Positions 9,526 to 17,804 of a DNA stretch of 64,000 nt are shown here, piece after piece. The stretch's first letter is position 1. Every line of letters begins with the position of its first letter. A model generated the notes under the pieces. It ran no database searches. It was not told the DNA's origin and was given only the letters and a program-made list of their open reading frames with translations. The stretch lies in the NCBI GenBank assembly GCA_035480235.1, contig DATIHX010000003.1, forward strand, positions 21,514 to 85,513, written 5' to 3'. A program made the translations under genes and the position numbers. This stretch comes from Candidatus Saccharimonadales bacterium. Lineage in GTDB: Bacteria > Patescibacteriota > UBA1384 > 2-12-FULL-50-11.

Positions 9526-11022
9526 ATGGATACCAACCGACGGATCGCTTTGAGTAGCGCCGTCCAAATCACCGGCAAGTTTCTGGCCTATGCTGTTTCA
9601 ACGGTCTTACTGATCGTCCTCTCTACTCACTTGGGCACCAGCGGCATCGGGCAATATACCACTATTACCACCTTTGTGAGCTTCTTCGTGACCATCGCCG
9701 ATTTTGGCTTGAGCGCTGTTTTGGTCCGGGAAATCGCCCAAAACCCCGACCGGAAAGAAACGCTGACCGCCCAGTTTATGGGCCTGCGCGTCGCCTACAG
9801 TTTGTTAATCCTCGCCCTAGCACCGCTGGCCAGCTCGCTGATTCCCCAGTACCGCGGCCTGATTACCGAAGGCGTCGTTATCGCAGCGCTGGCCCAGTTT
9901 ATTTTGCTGGTTAATCAAATTTTCGTCAGCGTCCTGCAGACCCGTCTCCGGCTGGATAAGGCGACGTATGCCGATATCACTAACCGCCTCGTCACCTTAG
10001 TTTTTACCGTGGTGGCAGCCAGCTTCTTCCACACCGTCGGCGGCTTTTTAATCGCCGCGCTTTGGGCCACCACCATCGGTTCACTGGTTAACACCGGTCT
10101 TTGCTACGCCTGGGCCAAAAAACATTGGCGGATTCGCTTATCACTGGCCTACCAAGAATGGCCGGCCGTTTTTTTGGTGATTCTGCCGCTGGGCATTTTC
10201 AACACGATCGGCCAGATTTACTTTAAAGTTGACACGATTATTTTGTCACTTTTAAAAAGTAGCCATGATGTGGGAATTTACGGCTACGCCTATAATATCT
10301 TTGCCGTCATCTTCACCATCCCTACTCTTTTTATCGGCGTCGTGTTGCCGAAATTCAGCCAGCTCTGGAAAGAAGATCGGGAGGGCTTGGTGGTTTTTGC
10401 CCAAAAAGTTTTCAGCGTTGTATCGCTGATTATCTTCCCGCTGACGGCGATCATTTTTGTGTTGGCGCCGTTCTTAACCGTTATTTTGGCCCGGCAAAGC
10501 CCAGCCGACGGCATCATCGCCGGCCGGGTTTTAATTATTCTTTGCGCCTCGCTGATTCCGTACGCCTTTCAAGATTTTTTCCAAGCGATTCTGTTCGTTT
10601 CTAACTCGCAAGTTGGCCTGATTAAAAACCTGGTTGTCGCCAGTATCGTTAACTTAGGCCTGAACTTTCTCTTGATCCCGCGCTACGGCTACATGGCGGC
10701 CGCGACCGTGACCTTAATTTCCGAAATAATCATGCTCTACCTGACGGTCCGGTTAAGCAAGCGGGTAATCCAGCTCCGTTTGCGATTTAATAACTACGGT
10801 GCGATTCTGACGGCGACCGTGGCCGCGGCGGTGCTCCTGAAGGTTGGAATGGTTTTAACCGGGCTCGGCATCGACCATTTCGCCAGCCTTCCCCTCTGGC
10901 GCCAGGTGGTAACGGCTGGTAGCCTTGGCTTGATCGGCGTGCTTATCTACGTTGGCATCCTCCTACTGCCAGGCAAGCGCTCGCCGCTGCGAGAACTGGT
11001 AGAATCTATTCAAAGCCGATGA
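9526..11022 (+). CDS. Wzx-like polysaccharide flippase (MOP superfamily)
   Basis: 498 aa and about 14 TM segments. Sits in the glycan-cluster context and overlaps the next GT2 gene by 4 nt. Confidence 0.75.
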   Translation: MDTNRRIALSSAVQITGKFLAYAVSTVLLIVLSTHLGTSGIGQYTTITTFVSFFVTIADFGLSAVLVREIAQNPDRKETLTAQFMGLRVAYSLLILALAPLASSLIPQYRGLITEGVVIAALAQFILLVNQIFVSVLQTRLRLDKATYADITNRLVTLVFTVVAASFFHTVGGFLIAALWATTIGSLVNTGLCYAWAKKHWRIRLSLAYQEWPAVFLVILPLGIFNTIGQIYFKVDTIILSLLKSSHDVGIYGYAYNIFAVIFTIPTLFIGVVLPKFSQLWKEDREGLVVFAQKVFSVVSLIIFPLTAIIFVLAPFLTVILARQSPADGIIAGRVLIILCASLIPYAFQDFFQAILFVSNSQVGLIKNLVVASIVNLGLNFLLIPRYGYMAAATVTLISEIIMLYLTVRLSKRVIQLRLRFNNYGAILTATVAAAVLLKVGMVLTGLGIDHFASLPLWRQVVTAGSLGLIGVLIYVGILLLPGKRSPLRELVESIQSR

Positions 11023-11753
11023 CAACTAAACCAACCCTGTCGGTCGCGATCATCGCCTCCAACGAAGAGAAGAATTTGGCCCGCTCGTTGCCAGCGCTTA
11101 ATTTTGCCGATGAAATAGTGGTGATCGAAAACGACTCAACCGATCAAACAGTGACGGTCGCTAAAAACCACCAGGCTAAAGTTTTCAGCGAGCCTTGGCA
11201 CGGTTACGCCACCCAGCGCAACCTTTCAATCGAACGCACCACCGGCGACTGGATCTTAATTCTCGACGCCGACGAGGTAATTAGTCCAGCGCTGGCCGCC
11301 GAGATTACGGCCGCCATTCAAACCGATCAGTTCGACGGCTTTGAACTACCGTACAAGAACTTCATCGCCGGCCAGGCGTTGCAGCACGGCGGCTGGTCGC
11401 CTGATTATCATCTTCGTCTGGTCCGGCGCTCGTTCGCCCATATTAAAGACAAGGCGATCCACGAGGAGATTGTGGGCGTTACCCGAGTGGGCCGCCTGAA
11501 AAACCCGGTCCTTCATTACACCTATCATTCGCTAGCCGACTGGGTGGCCAAAGCTAATCGCTACACCGAACTCGAGGCGCCGAAAAAACCTTTCTCTTTG
11601 GCCCGGCTGCTCTTCAAACCACTGGCCAGTTTTTTGCGCAGCTATATTTGGTGGTCCGGTTGGCGCGACGGTACGCTCGGCCTGATCGCCTCAGGGATGG
11701 GCGCGTATTACGTTTTCCTGACTGAAGCCAAACGCTGGCTGGCTAAGCATTAG
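11019..11753 (+). CDS. Glycosyltransferase family 2
   Basis: LSVAIIASNEEKNL...IENDSTDQT...ILDADE motifs. 244 aa. Confidence 0.85.
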   Translation: MTTKPTLSVAIIASNEEKNLARSLPALNFADEIVVIENDSTDQTVTVAKNHQAKVFSEPWHGYATQRNLSIERTTGDWILILDADEVISPALAAEITAAIQTDQFDGFELPYKNFIAGQALQHGGWSPDYHLRLVRRSFAHIKDKAIHEEIVGVTRVGRLKNPVLHYTYHSLADWVAKANRYTELEAPKKPFSLARLLFKPLASFLRSYIWWSGWRDGTLGLIASGMGAYYVFLTEAKRWLAKH

Positions 11754-11762
11754 AGTCCTGGC

Positions 11763-13037
11763 TTAAGCCGAGCGGGCTCGCCAGCGCTTGTACCACTGCC
11801 GGCCGAAGTAGGCGGCAAAAGTGACAAGAGCAGCAAAAGCGAGAATAACCAGCGTCAGAAAGCCGATAAATTTGTGGTAAGCGGCCGGGTTTTTGAACGT
11901 CGCCCCGGCGACTTTGACCGAGACGTCCGGTTTGGGGGCGTCGGCCGCGGTAATAATTTTCGCCGTCCCGCCGCTCGCGACCGACAGTTCGACATTGGCA
12001 ACGGTGCTGGGGGCGGTAGCCGTTTTGTCTTTGGTGGCCAGCGCGGTGACCTTATAGAAGCCGGTTGGGATCGGTTGATCAAAAATCACGCTCCAGCTCC
12101 CGTCGGCGGCGATTGGGCTAGTTAATTTTTGCTCGGCCGGGATGGCAGCAGCGGGCGTTAAGGTGAGGATAACGGTGAAATCGGTTAGCCCGGTTGAAGA
12201 GCCACCAATACTAAAACCGCCCAGCGTCCCAGCGGTCAGGTTAGTCTTGAAGCTCGCCAGCTTTTTAACGGTGGTAATCTTTGGGGCTTTGAGGCCGGCG
12301 TCAACGGCAGCAGTCGTCGTGATCTTGAAATGGGTTACCGGCCCCCAGCCGTCGTTGTTGTGACCCTTGATGTGGAAATAATAAACGCCGAGATTCAGGT
12401 TGGGGTAGCTGGCCGTTAGCGCCGTGGTCGTCACAGTTTCGGCCGGGTTAGTGTCGGCCACTTGGTCAAAGGCGACGGCGTAACCGGTGGCGCCGTTGGT
12501 TGGGGCAGTCCAGCTAAACGTCGCAGTCGTCACACCGTAAGCCTGGTTTTGGTCGGGGTTAGTGCTGGAAGTCACCGTCACCGCCCCCGGCACGGTTGGC
12601 GCCCGGTTAACCGTAACGTTCAACGTCCCGCCGCTGGCCGGGATCGAGCTCTCGTTGGACAGCAGCGCGTTACTGACGGTAATTTTGCCGCTGCCCTGAG
12701 CGGTCCCCTTAACCGTTAAGGTGGCGATCGTCAGCGACAATACGGTTTTATTACCGGCCAGCGCCCCGTTGAAGGTTTTATTCGCCCCGGGCGTGCCGAT
12801 CCAAATTAGAGAGGTGTCGTAGCTGACGCCGGTCACGCTGAGGTTACCTGAGACGCCGATCGTCCCGGAGAAAGCGTTAAAGGTCGCACCAGCAGCCACA
12901 ATCTTGACGCTTATAGTCGAACCAGCCGTCACACTTCCCCCGCCGCTCGGGGCGATACTGGCGCCGGCCAAGGCCGCCACCGGCAAAAGGCTGGCTAGCA
13001 CTAGCCCAATCACCGCCAAAAATTTTAGTTTCTTCAT
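11763..13037 (-). CDS. Cell-surface protein: signal peptide, cohesin-like beta domain, FN3-like domain, C-terminal TM anchor
   Basis: Starts MKKLKFLAVIGLVLASLLPVAALA. The N-terminal domain ...GSTISVKIVAAGATFNAFSGTIGVSG...LTIATLTVKGTAQGSGKITVSNA resembles cohesin-type modules. The YYFHIKGHNNDGWGP module follows. A C-terminal hydrophobic helix is followed by a basic tail. Confidence 0.55.
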   Translation of the reverse strand: MKKLKFLAVIGLVLASLLPVAALAGASIAPSGGGSVTAGSTISVKIVAAGATFNAFSGTIGVSGNLSVTGVSYDTSLIWIGTPGANKTFNGALAGNKTVLSLTIATLTVKGTAQGSGKITVSNALLSNESSIPASGGTLNVTVNRAPTVPGAVTVTSSTNPDQNQAYGVTTATFSWTAPTNGATGYAVAFDQVADTNPAETVTTTALTASYPNLNLGVYYFHIKGHNNDGWGPVTHFKITTTAAVDAGLKAPKITTVKKLASFKTNLTAGTLGGFSIGGSSTGLTDFTVILTLTPAAAIPAEQKLTSPIAADGSWSVIFDQPIPTGFYKVTALATKDKTATAPSTVANVELSVASGGTAKIITAADAPKPDVSVKVAGATFKNPAAYHKFIGFLTLVILAFAALVTFAAYFGRQWYKRWRARSA

Positions 13038-13043
13038 CCTGTT

Positions 13044-14207
13044 TTAACTCCCCCAATACTTAGCGAAAATCGAGAGGTCAACCAGATTAACGACGTTGTC
13101 GGTTTCGGGGTTAAAGTTGCTCATCGGGTCACCGGCGTTATTTTGTTGCCAGTTCTTGGCAAAAATCGAGAGGTCAACAACATTAACGCTACCATCTCCA
13201 TTAATATCGCCTAATTTGTGGCGATTTAAAATGATTTGCTTGCTGGCGACGGTCGAGCCGCTGACTTTATAGGCCAGGCTGAGGTCGTTATTGCCGACGT
13301 TCAGCCCTCGATTGCTGATCGTCCACGAAGTGGTGCCGGTGTCGGCGATCAGGCTTGAACCCAAGAAAACTTGGCTGTCGCTCGACTTACTGCCGCTTAA
13401 ACTAACCGAGGCGCTGTAGGTTGGGCCGTTAATGGTGGCGATATCGTTATAGGTGATCACCGCGTCCGGCGTGTAGCCAAAGAATGAATTGAAAATATTG
13501 TAGAAACTCTGATTGCCGGAAATGTGCGGCGTGTAGGCGTACATCACTTTGGTCGGGACGTTAGCGCAAGTGATGCTTTGACCGTCGACGGTAATCGTCA
13601 AACTGGTGCCGACGTAACGGGTGTAAAGGTTGGAAAACTGGTGGGTGGCGTAGGCGATCTGTTGGCCGACGCCGCCGTAATCAATAGCGTTTTGGCGGAT
13701 ACCGGGGTCCGAGCAGCCGCTACCGGAGTTGTAACAGGCGTTAAAACTGTCCGGGTAGCCGTAACCCATCGCCCAGGCGTCGGCCGGGCTGCCCAGAATG
13801 TTCGTTGTCACCGCCGAGCTCTCTTTCTGCAGCGTCGCCAAAATCAGTTGCGGGTTGATGCCGTACTGTTGGGTTTTATTGTAAATCAGTTGCGCTACCG
13901 TCAAGCCGTAAAAGTTTTGCCGGGGATTGCCGGTGTAGGCTTGTTCCACGCTGACGTGGCCGTAAGTGTGTTGGCCGGTCGGGTAGGGGACATCGATAAA
14001 CTGGGGGATGGTGTAGTTGGCGTAGCCGCTGCCCTTCGAGCTTAAGAAGTTGGCGATGTCTCCGGCCGACAAGCTGGCGCTATTGAAGAAAACCGAATTC
14101 GAGATGATATTGCTGGATGAAAAAGCCGCCGCTGGCGTAATCGGACCGATCACCGCAGCGATCAAGCTGACGAGAGCTACCACAAAAAAGCCAAATTTTC
14201 GGCGCAT
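13044..14207 (-). CDS. Secreted putative peptidoglycan hydrolase with C-terminal dockerin repeats
   Basis: Signal peptide. N-terminal region ...LILATLQKESSAV... is lysozyme/transglycosylase-like. The C-terminus has GDINGDGSVNVVDLSIFAKNW plus NLVDLSIFAKYW, an EF-hand-like dockerin duplication. The matching DNA direct repeat is 13063..13082 / 13159..13178 (19/20 identical). Confidence 0.6.
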   Translation of the reverse strand: MRRKFGFFVVALVSLIAAVIGPITPAAAFSSSNIISNSVFFNSASLSAGDIANFLSSKGSGYANYTIPQFIDVPYPTGQHTYGHVSVEQAYTGNPRQNFYGLTVAQLIYNKTQQYGINPQLILATLQKESSAVTTNILGSPADAWAMGYGYPDSFNACYNSGSGCSDPGIRQNAIDYGGVGQQIAYATHQFSNLYTRYVGTSLTITVDGQSITCANVPTKVMYAYTPHISGNQSFYNIFNSFFGYTPDAVITYNDIATINGPTYSASVSLSGSKSSDSQVFLGSSLIADTGTTSWTISNRGLNVGNNDLSLAYKVSGSTVASKQIILNRHKLGDINGDGSVNVVDLSIFAKNWQQNNAGDPMSNFNPETDNVVNLVDLSIFAKYWGS

Positions 14208-14257
14208 TAGTTTTATCCTAGCGGGGCCGCCGGTTTCTTCAAGGGTAAATATGCTAG

Positions 14258-14737
14258 TTAAAGGTGGAGCAACCGGCTCAAGCGGTCGCCGAGTGGCTCG
14301 CCTTTATGGCTATGGTACGGCAGCTGGCTGCCGAGAAAGGCCAACGCCTGGGGAGCTGAGTGATTGGGAATAACAAATGAAATCGCCGGCGATAAATTGA
14401 GCCGCTCTAAATAAAGAGTCGTTTTATCGGCTTGCTCGGCCACCCAAAAGGCCCGGAGTTGGTGATAGCCGAAGAATCGATCGCCCCAGGTGACGCCTTT
14501 GGTGGTAAGTTTAATCGTCCGGGCACCGGGCGTCAGATTGCCGATCCGGATTATCGCCACGCCGACCGCCACGATCACTACGGCCAAAAGATATTGCCCA
14601 AAGACTAGGGCTAACACTAAAAACCCGGCCAACATCAGCCCCATCCCCAGATACCAAAACTGGTTTTTCGGGTGATGATGCCAATCTTTGGCGGTGAATT
14701 CCAGGCTGACTTTGGCGTGTTTTGGCTGATGCGGCAT
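14258..14737 (-). CDS. Hypothetical membrane protein (2 TM plus a small soluble domain)
   Basis: 159-aa ORF with two adjacent hydrophobic helices. No family recognised. Confidence 0.5.
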   Translation of the reverse strand: MPHQPKHAKVSLEFTAKDWHHHPKNQFWYLGMGLMLAGFLVLALVFGQYLLAVVIVAVGVAIIRIGNLTPGARTIKLTTKGVTWGDRFFGYHQLRAFWVAEQADKTTLYLERLNLSPAISFVIPNHSAPQALAFLGSQLPYHSHKGEPLGDRLSRLLHL

Positions 14738-14772
14738 TGATTTTTAGCATAGCAGAAAAGTCAAGTTCGTCG

Positions 14773-14859
14773 CGGAAGGGCAGGGATTCGAACCCTGGGT
14801 ACCCTTACGGGTACAACACATTAGCAGTGTGCTCCATTCGGCCGCTCTGGCACCCTTCC
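14773..14859 (-). tRNA. tRNA-Ser (anticodon GCT)
   Basis: Reverse complement is GGAAGGG...CTGCTAA loop...long variable arm GTACCC-GTAA-GGGTAC...T-arm CAGGGTTCGAATCCCTG...CCCTTCC-G. No encoded CCA. Confidence 0.9.
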
Positions 14860-14921
14860 AAGCTAAATAGTTCCCTTGAATTATACCTCATCGCCTCGGT
14901 TGAAAACAGCCGCCAAACCCC

Positions 14922-14950
14922 TTGACTTTTCAGGCGTCATCTGGTATAGT
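14922..14950 (+). promoter_or_regulatory. Sigma-70-type promoter (TTGACT, 17-nt spacer, TATAGT)
   Basis: TTGACT at 14922..14927, TATAGT at 14945..14950. SD AGAAGGAGG lies at 14981..14989, upstream of the ATG at 14999. Confidence 0.6.
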
Positions 14951-14998
14951 AACCGCAACACTTCAGGGCATCAAAAACCCAGAAGGAGGCACGTTCAC

Positions 14999-15694
14999 AT
15001 GAAAAAAATTACCATTCTCCTTTTCGTCGTTTTGTCGGCCGCTGCCTTGGCGCAGAACGTCGACAAGTTCACCGACCAACTCCCGGTTCACCCGATCTCG
15101 CCGGCTCGCCCGGTGGAGATTGGTATCCGCGATAATGGCTGGGCCCGCTGCGGCGCACCGTTCTCGGATACAACCGTTGAACTGCTGCTCGGTGAGATGG
15201 CCCAGGACAATCACGTCCAGCTGGGCGCCTCGATGGCCTGGTTACTGGCCGAATGTCAGAAACGCGACCAACTCTCCGGCAATCGGTGGGTTAACCAAAA
15301 CTCGCCACGTCTCAAAGAAGGCACGCTTCAAGCGGCTCAAATCGGCTGGGAGATCGTTACTGGCGGCTCCGCCGATTCGCATCGCGACAGTACCAGCATC
15401 TCGATCGGCGGCATCAGTGTCCGTGGTGATGCCGAATCCGGCACCGCCTCAGCCCATATCGCCGTCTATATGATCGACCTGACCACTGGCACCACGCTGG
15501 CTATCGCCGTTGGCCGAAGTACCCACTCTTCTACCAATATTGGCGACGTTCACAGCTGGTTCCAGCGAGCCAATGTTGCGATTGATTGGTCACGGTATAA
15601 CGCCGACCCCGCCTATCGCCGGGGCATGTTGGCCATCGCCGACGCCATCGAGAACCTTCGACCTAAGTTGTCGAAGCTCCTGGCTCGTATCTAA
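14999..15694 (+). CDS. Secreted hypothetical protein (signal peptide MKKITILLFVVLSAAALAQ)
   Basis: ATG with a strong SD. The longer 14876 start in the ORF track runs through the promoter. The gene has its own promoter and terminator. Confidence 0.65.
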   Translation: MKKITILLFVVLSAAALAQNVDKFTDQLPVHPISPARPVEIGIRDNGWARCGAPFSDTTVELLLGEMAQDNHVQLGASMAWLLAECQKRDQLSGNRWVNQNSPRLKEGTLQAAQIGWEIVTGGSADSHRDSTSISIGGISVRGDAESGTASAHIAVYMIDLTTGTTLAIAVGRSTHSSTNIGDVHSWFQRANVAIDWSRYNADPAYRRGMLAIADAIENLRPKLSKLLARI

Positions 15695-15708
15695 CGCTCA
15701 AGTAGCGT

Positions 15709-15737
15709 GCCCCCGTCCACAACGGGGGCTTTTTTAT
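15709..15737 (+). terminator. Rho-independent terminator
   Basis: CCCCCG (15710..15715), 7-nt loop, CGGGGG (15723..15728), then CTTTTTTATT. Confidence 0.75.
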
Positions 15738-15941
15738 TCGATTGTCGAAGTATTATTTGACTCATTGAGCGATTTATCGTTTACTAAAATCCTCGTACAT
15801 TAGATTAAAAAAGCAAAGACTGCCTAGTGTTGGTTCCGAACCGAAGCTTGAATTTATTCGAGCCAAGAAGTAGAAAACTGGCGCTGGGCTTCTTTGTTAC
15901 CCTGGATTTTTCGGGAATAATTAAGTAGAATTATTAGGTTT

Positions 15942-16029
15942 GGAAGGGTCGCATAGTGGGCCGGTTGCGAATTAGCAATCGGCGGGAAGTAAGCAACTTC
16001 CCAGGGGCCACGCCGACGCACATTTTTTT
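15942..16029 (+). pseudogene. tRNA-Ser-derived fragment / tRNA-like element (no T-arm, no 3' acceptor strand)
   Basis: The first 18 nt, GGAAGGGTCGCATAGTGG, are identical to the 5' end of the tRNA-Ser 112 nt downstream. Next come GCCGGTT...AATCGGC and the hairpin GGGAAGT-AAGCA-ACTTCCC (15984..16002), ending in a T7 run. Confidence 0.45.
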
Positions 16030-16053
16030 GATCGAGACTTTGTCGAGAAATAT

Positions 16054-16143
16054 GGAAGGGTCGCATAGTGGCCTAGTGCGCCGGTTTCGAAAACCGGTTG
16101 GCCCGCAAGGGTCTCGTGGGTTCGACTCCCACCCCTTCCGCCA
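16054..16143 (+). tRNA. tRNA-Ser (anticodon CGA), CCA encoded
   Basis: GGAAGGG...anticodon arm CCGGT-TTCGAAA-ACCGG...long variable arm...GTGGGTTCGACTCCCAC...CCCTTCC-G-CCA. Confidence 0.9.
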
Positions 16144-16271
16144 AAGAAAATGCCCAGGTATACCTGGGCTTGGTGTGGCATTTAGTTCCGCTGTCCAGGG
16201 GCGCCCCACCGGGCGTCGAGGGTATTGTAACCGACTAAAGCCCGCCGGGCTAATTCCGCTACAATGGGGCT

Positions 16272-17795
16272 ATGCCGCAAGACTTACGCAGCGTCGTTCA
16301 GCGCTACGATCGGGCTCAAGAAGAAGAGCAAACGGCGACTTTTGCCGCTCAAAAGGGCCTAAATTATGTAAATTTGGTTAACTACCCGTTTACAGCTGAT
16401 ATCTTAGGCCTGATTCCTGAAGCCACGGCCAGACAGTATCAAATTGCCGCGTTTATGCGGTTAGGCAATGTTGTTCGCGTCGCCTCGACGGATCCAACTC
16501 GGCCCGAGCTAGCAGCGGTGATGAACGAAGTGGGCCAAACTAATAACGTCACCTTCGAACCGCTGGTTTGTTCGTTAACGTCACTCGAATACGCCTTGTC
16601 ACGTTATCCGGTTTTGCTGAAGCCAGCACCAACGGTTGCCGCCTCCACCCAGGCCGAAACTGCCGCCCGGACTTTTGACGAACGACTAGCCACCCTGCAA
16701 GGGTTGAAGGCGGCGATCGAGCAAGTGTCGACCACCGAGCTCTTGGACACGATCGTGGCTGGCGGCTTGGCAATGAACGCCTCGGATGTTCACCTCGAAC
16801 CGATGTTGAACGGCGTGGAGATTCGCTTTCGGATTGATGGCAAACTCCTACCAATCGTCGAAATCCCCGAGAAAAACTACAAATATTTACTGGCCCGAAT
16901 TAAAACGGCCGCAAAAATAAAACTCGATGTCACGGCCGCCGCCGGTGACGGCCGCATGAGCATGACCATTGGCGGCGCGCCACTGGACATCAGGGTTAAT
17001 GCCATTCCCAGCGCTTACGGCCAAACGATCGAGATGCGGCTCCTCACCGCCACTAGTTTTATGACGCTCGACCAATTGGGTTTTAACGAAGAAATTAAGG
17101 CCGCGATTCTCCAAGCCATCCAAAAGCCCCAGGGACTGCTGCTTTTCACCGGCCCGACCGGCTCGGGCAAAACCACCAGCCTCTACGCCGTCTTACAGCT
17201 CTTGAACACTTCGGAGCGAAAAATTATTACCATCGAAGACCCGATCGAGTATAAAATTGCCGGGCTCGAGCAAGTGCAGGTGGAGCCAGCCAGCGGCTTT
17301 GATTTTGCCCAAGCCCTGCGAGCAGTGCTCCGCCAAGACCCGAACATTATCATGGTTGGGGAGATTCGCGACAAAGAAACGGCCGAGATCGCCGTTGACG
17401 CCGCCCTAACCGGCCACCTAGTGCTCTCCACCCTTCACACTAATTCCGCCGCCGCTTCGTTCTCCCGGCTCTTACAAATGGGGGTACCGAAATATCTGTT
17501 GGCCGACGCCATCGCTTTAATTGTCGCTCAACGCTTGGTGCGCAAACTCTGTGATAGCTGCGCCGGTAAAGGCTGCGAGCTCTGCCACCAGACCGGCTTC
17601 CGCGGCCGAGTGTTAATCGCTGAAGATTATTTGCCCGACGCCAAAACGATTGAACTAATCCGCCGCGAAGCGACGGTCAGCGAGTTCGAAACCCAGTTCC
17701 GTGATTCTGGCAACCAAACGCTTTTACAAGACGGGCTGAACAAAGCTGCTTCTGGCATCACCACCGAAACGGAAGTTCGGTCAGTGGTCGGTTAG
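16272..17795 (+). CDS. pilB: GspE/PilB-family secretion/pilus assembly ATPase
   Basis: N-terminal GSPII_E_N-like region, Walker A GPTGSGKTT, IMVGEIRD, His box LVLSTLHTN, tetracysteine CDSCAGKGCELCHQTGFRGR. Confidence 0.85.
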   Translation: MPQDLRSVVQRYDRAQEEEQTATFAAQKGLNYVNLVNYPFTADILGLIPEATARQYQIAAFMRLGNVVRVASTDPTRPELAAVMNEVGQTNNVTFEPLVCSLTSLEYALSRYPVLLKPAPTVAASTQAETAARTFDERLATLQGLKAAIEQVSTTELLDTIVAGGLAMNASDVHLEPMLNGVEIRFRIDGKLLPIVEIPEKNYKYLLARIKTAAKIKLDVTAAAGDGRMSMTIGGAPLDIRVNAIPSAYGQTIEMRLLTATSFMTLDQLGFNEEIKAAILQAIQKPQGLLLFTGPTGSGKTTSLYAVLQLLNTSERKIITIEDPIEYKIAGLEQVQVEPASGFDFAQALRAVLRQDPNIIMVGEIRDKETAEIAVDAALTGHLVLSTLHTNSAAASFSRLLQMGVPKYLLADAIALIVAQRLVRKLCDSCAGKGCELCHQTGFRGRVLIAEDYLPDAKTIELIRREATVSEFETQFRDSGNQTLLQDGLNKAASGITTETEVRSVVG

Positions 17796-17804
17796 AACCC
17801 GGCT

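Noticed and set aside
14876-14998. Upstream extension of the secreted-protein ORF (272-aa version). The TTG starts at 49387 and 53789 are similar cases.
   Set aside because: The extension covers the promoter and SD. The TTG 'starts' at 49387 and 53789 are the -35 hexamers of well-spaced promoters.
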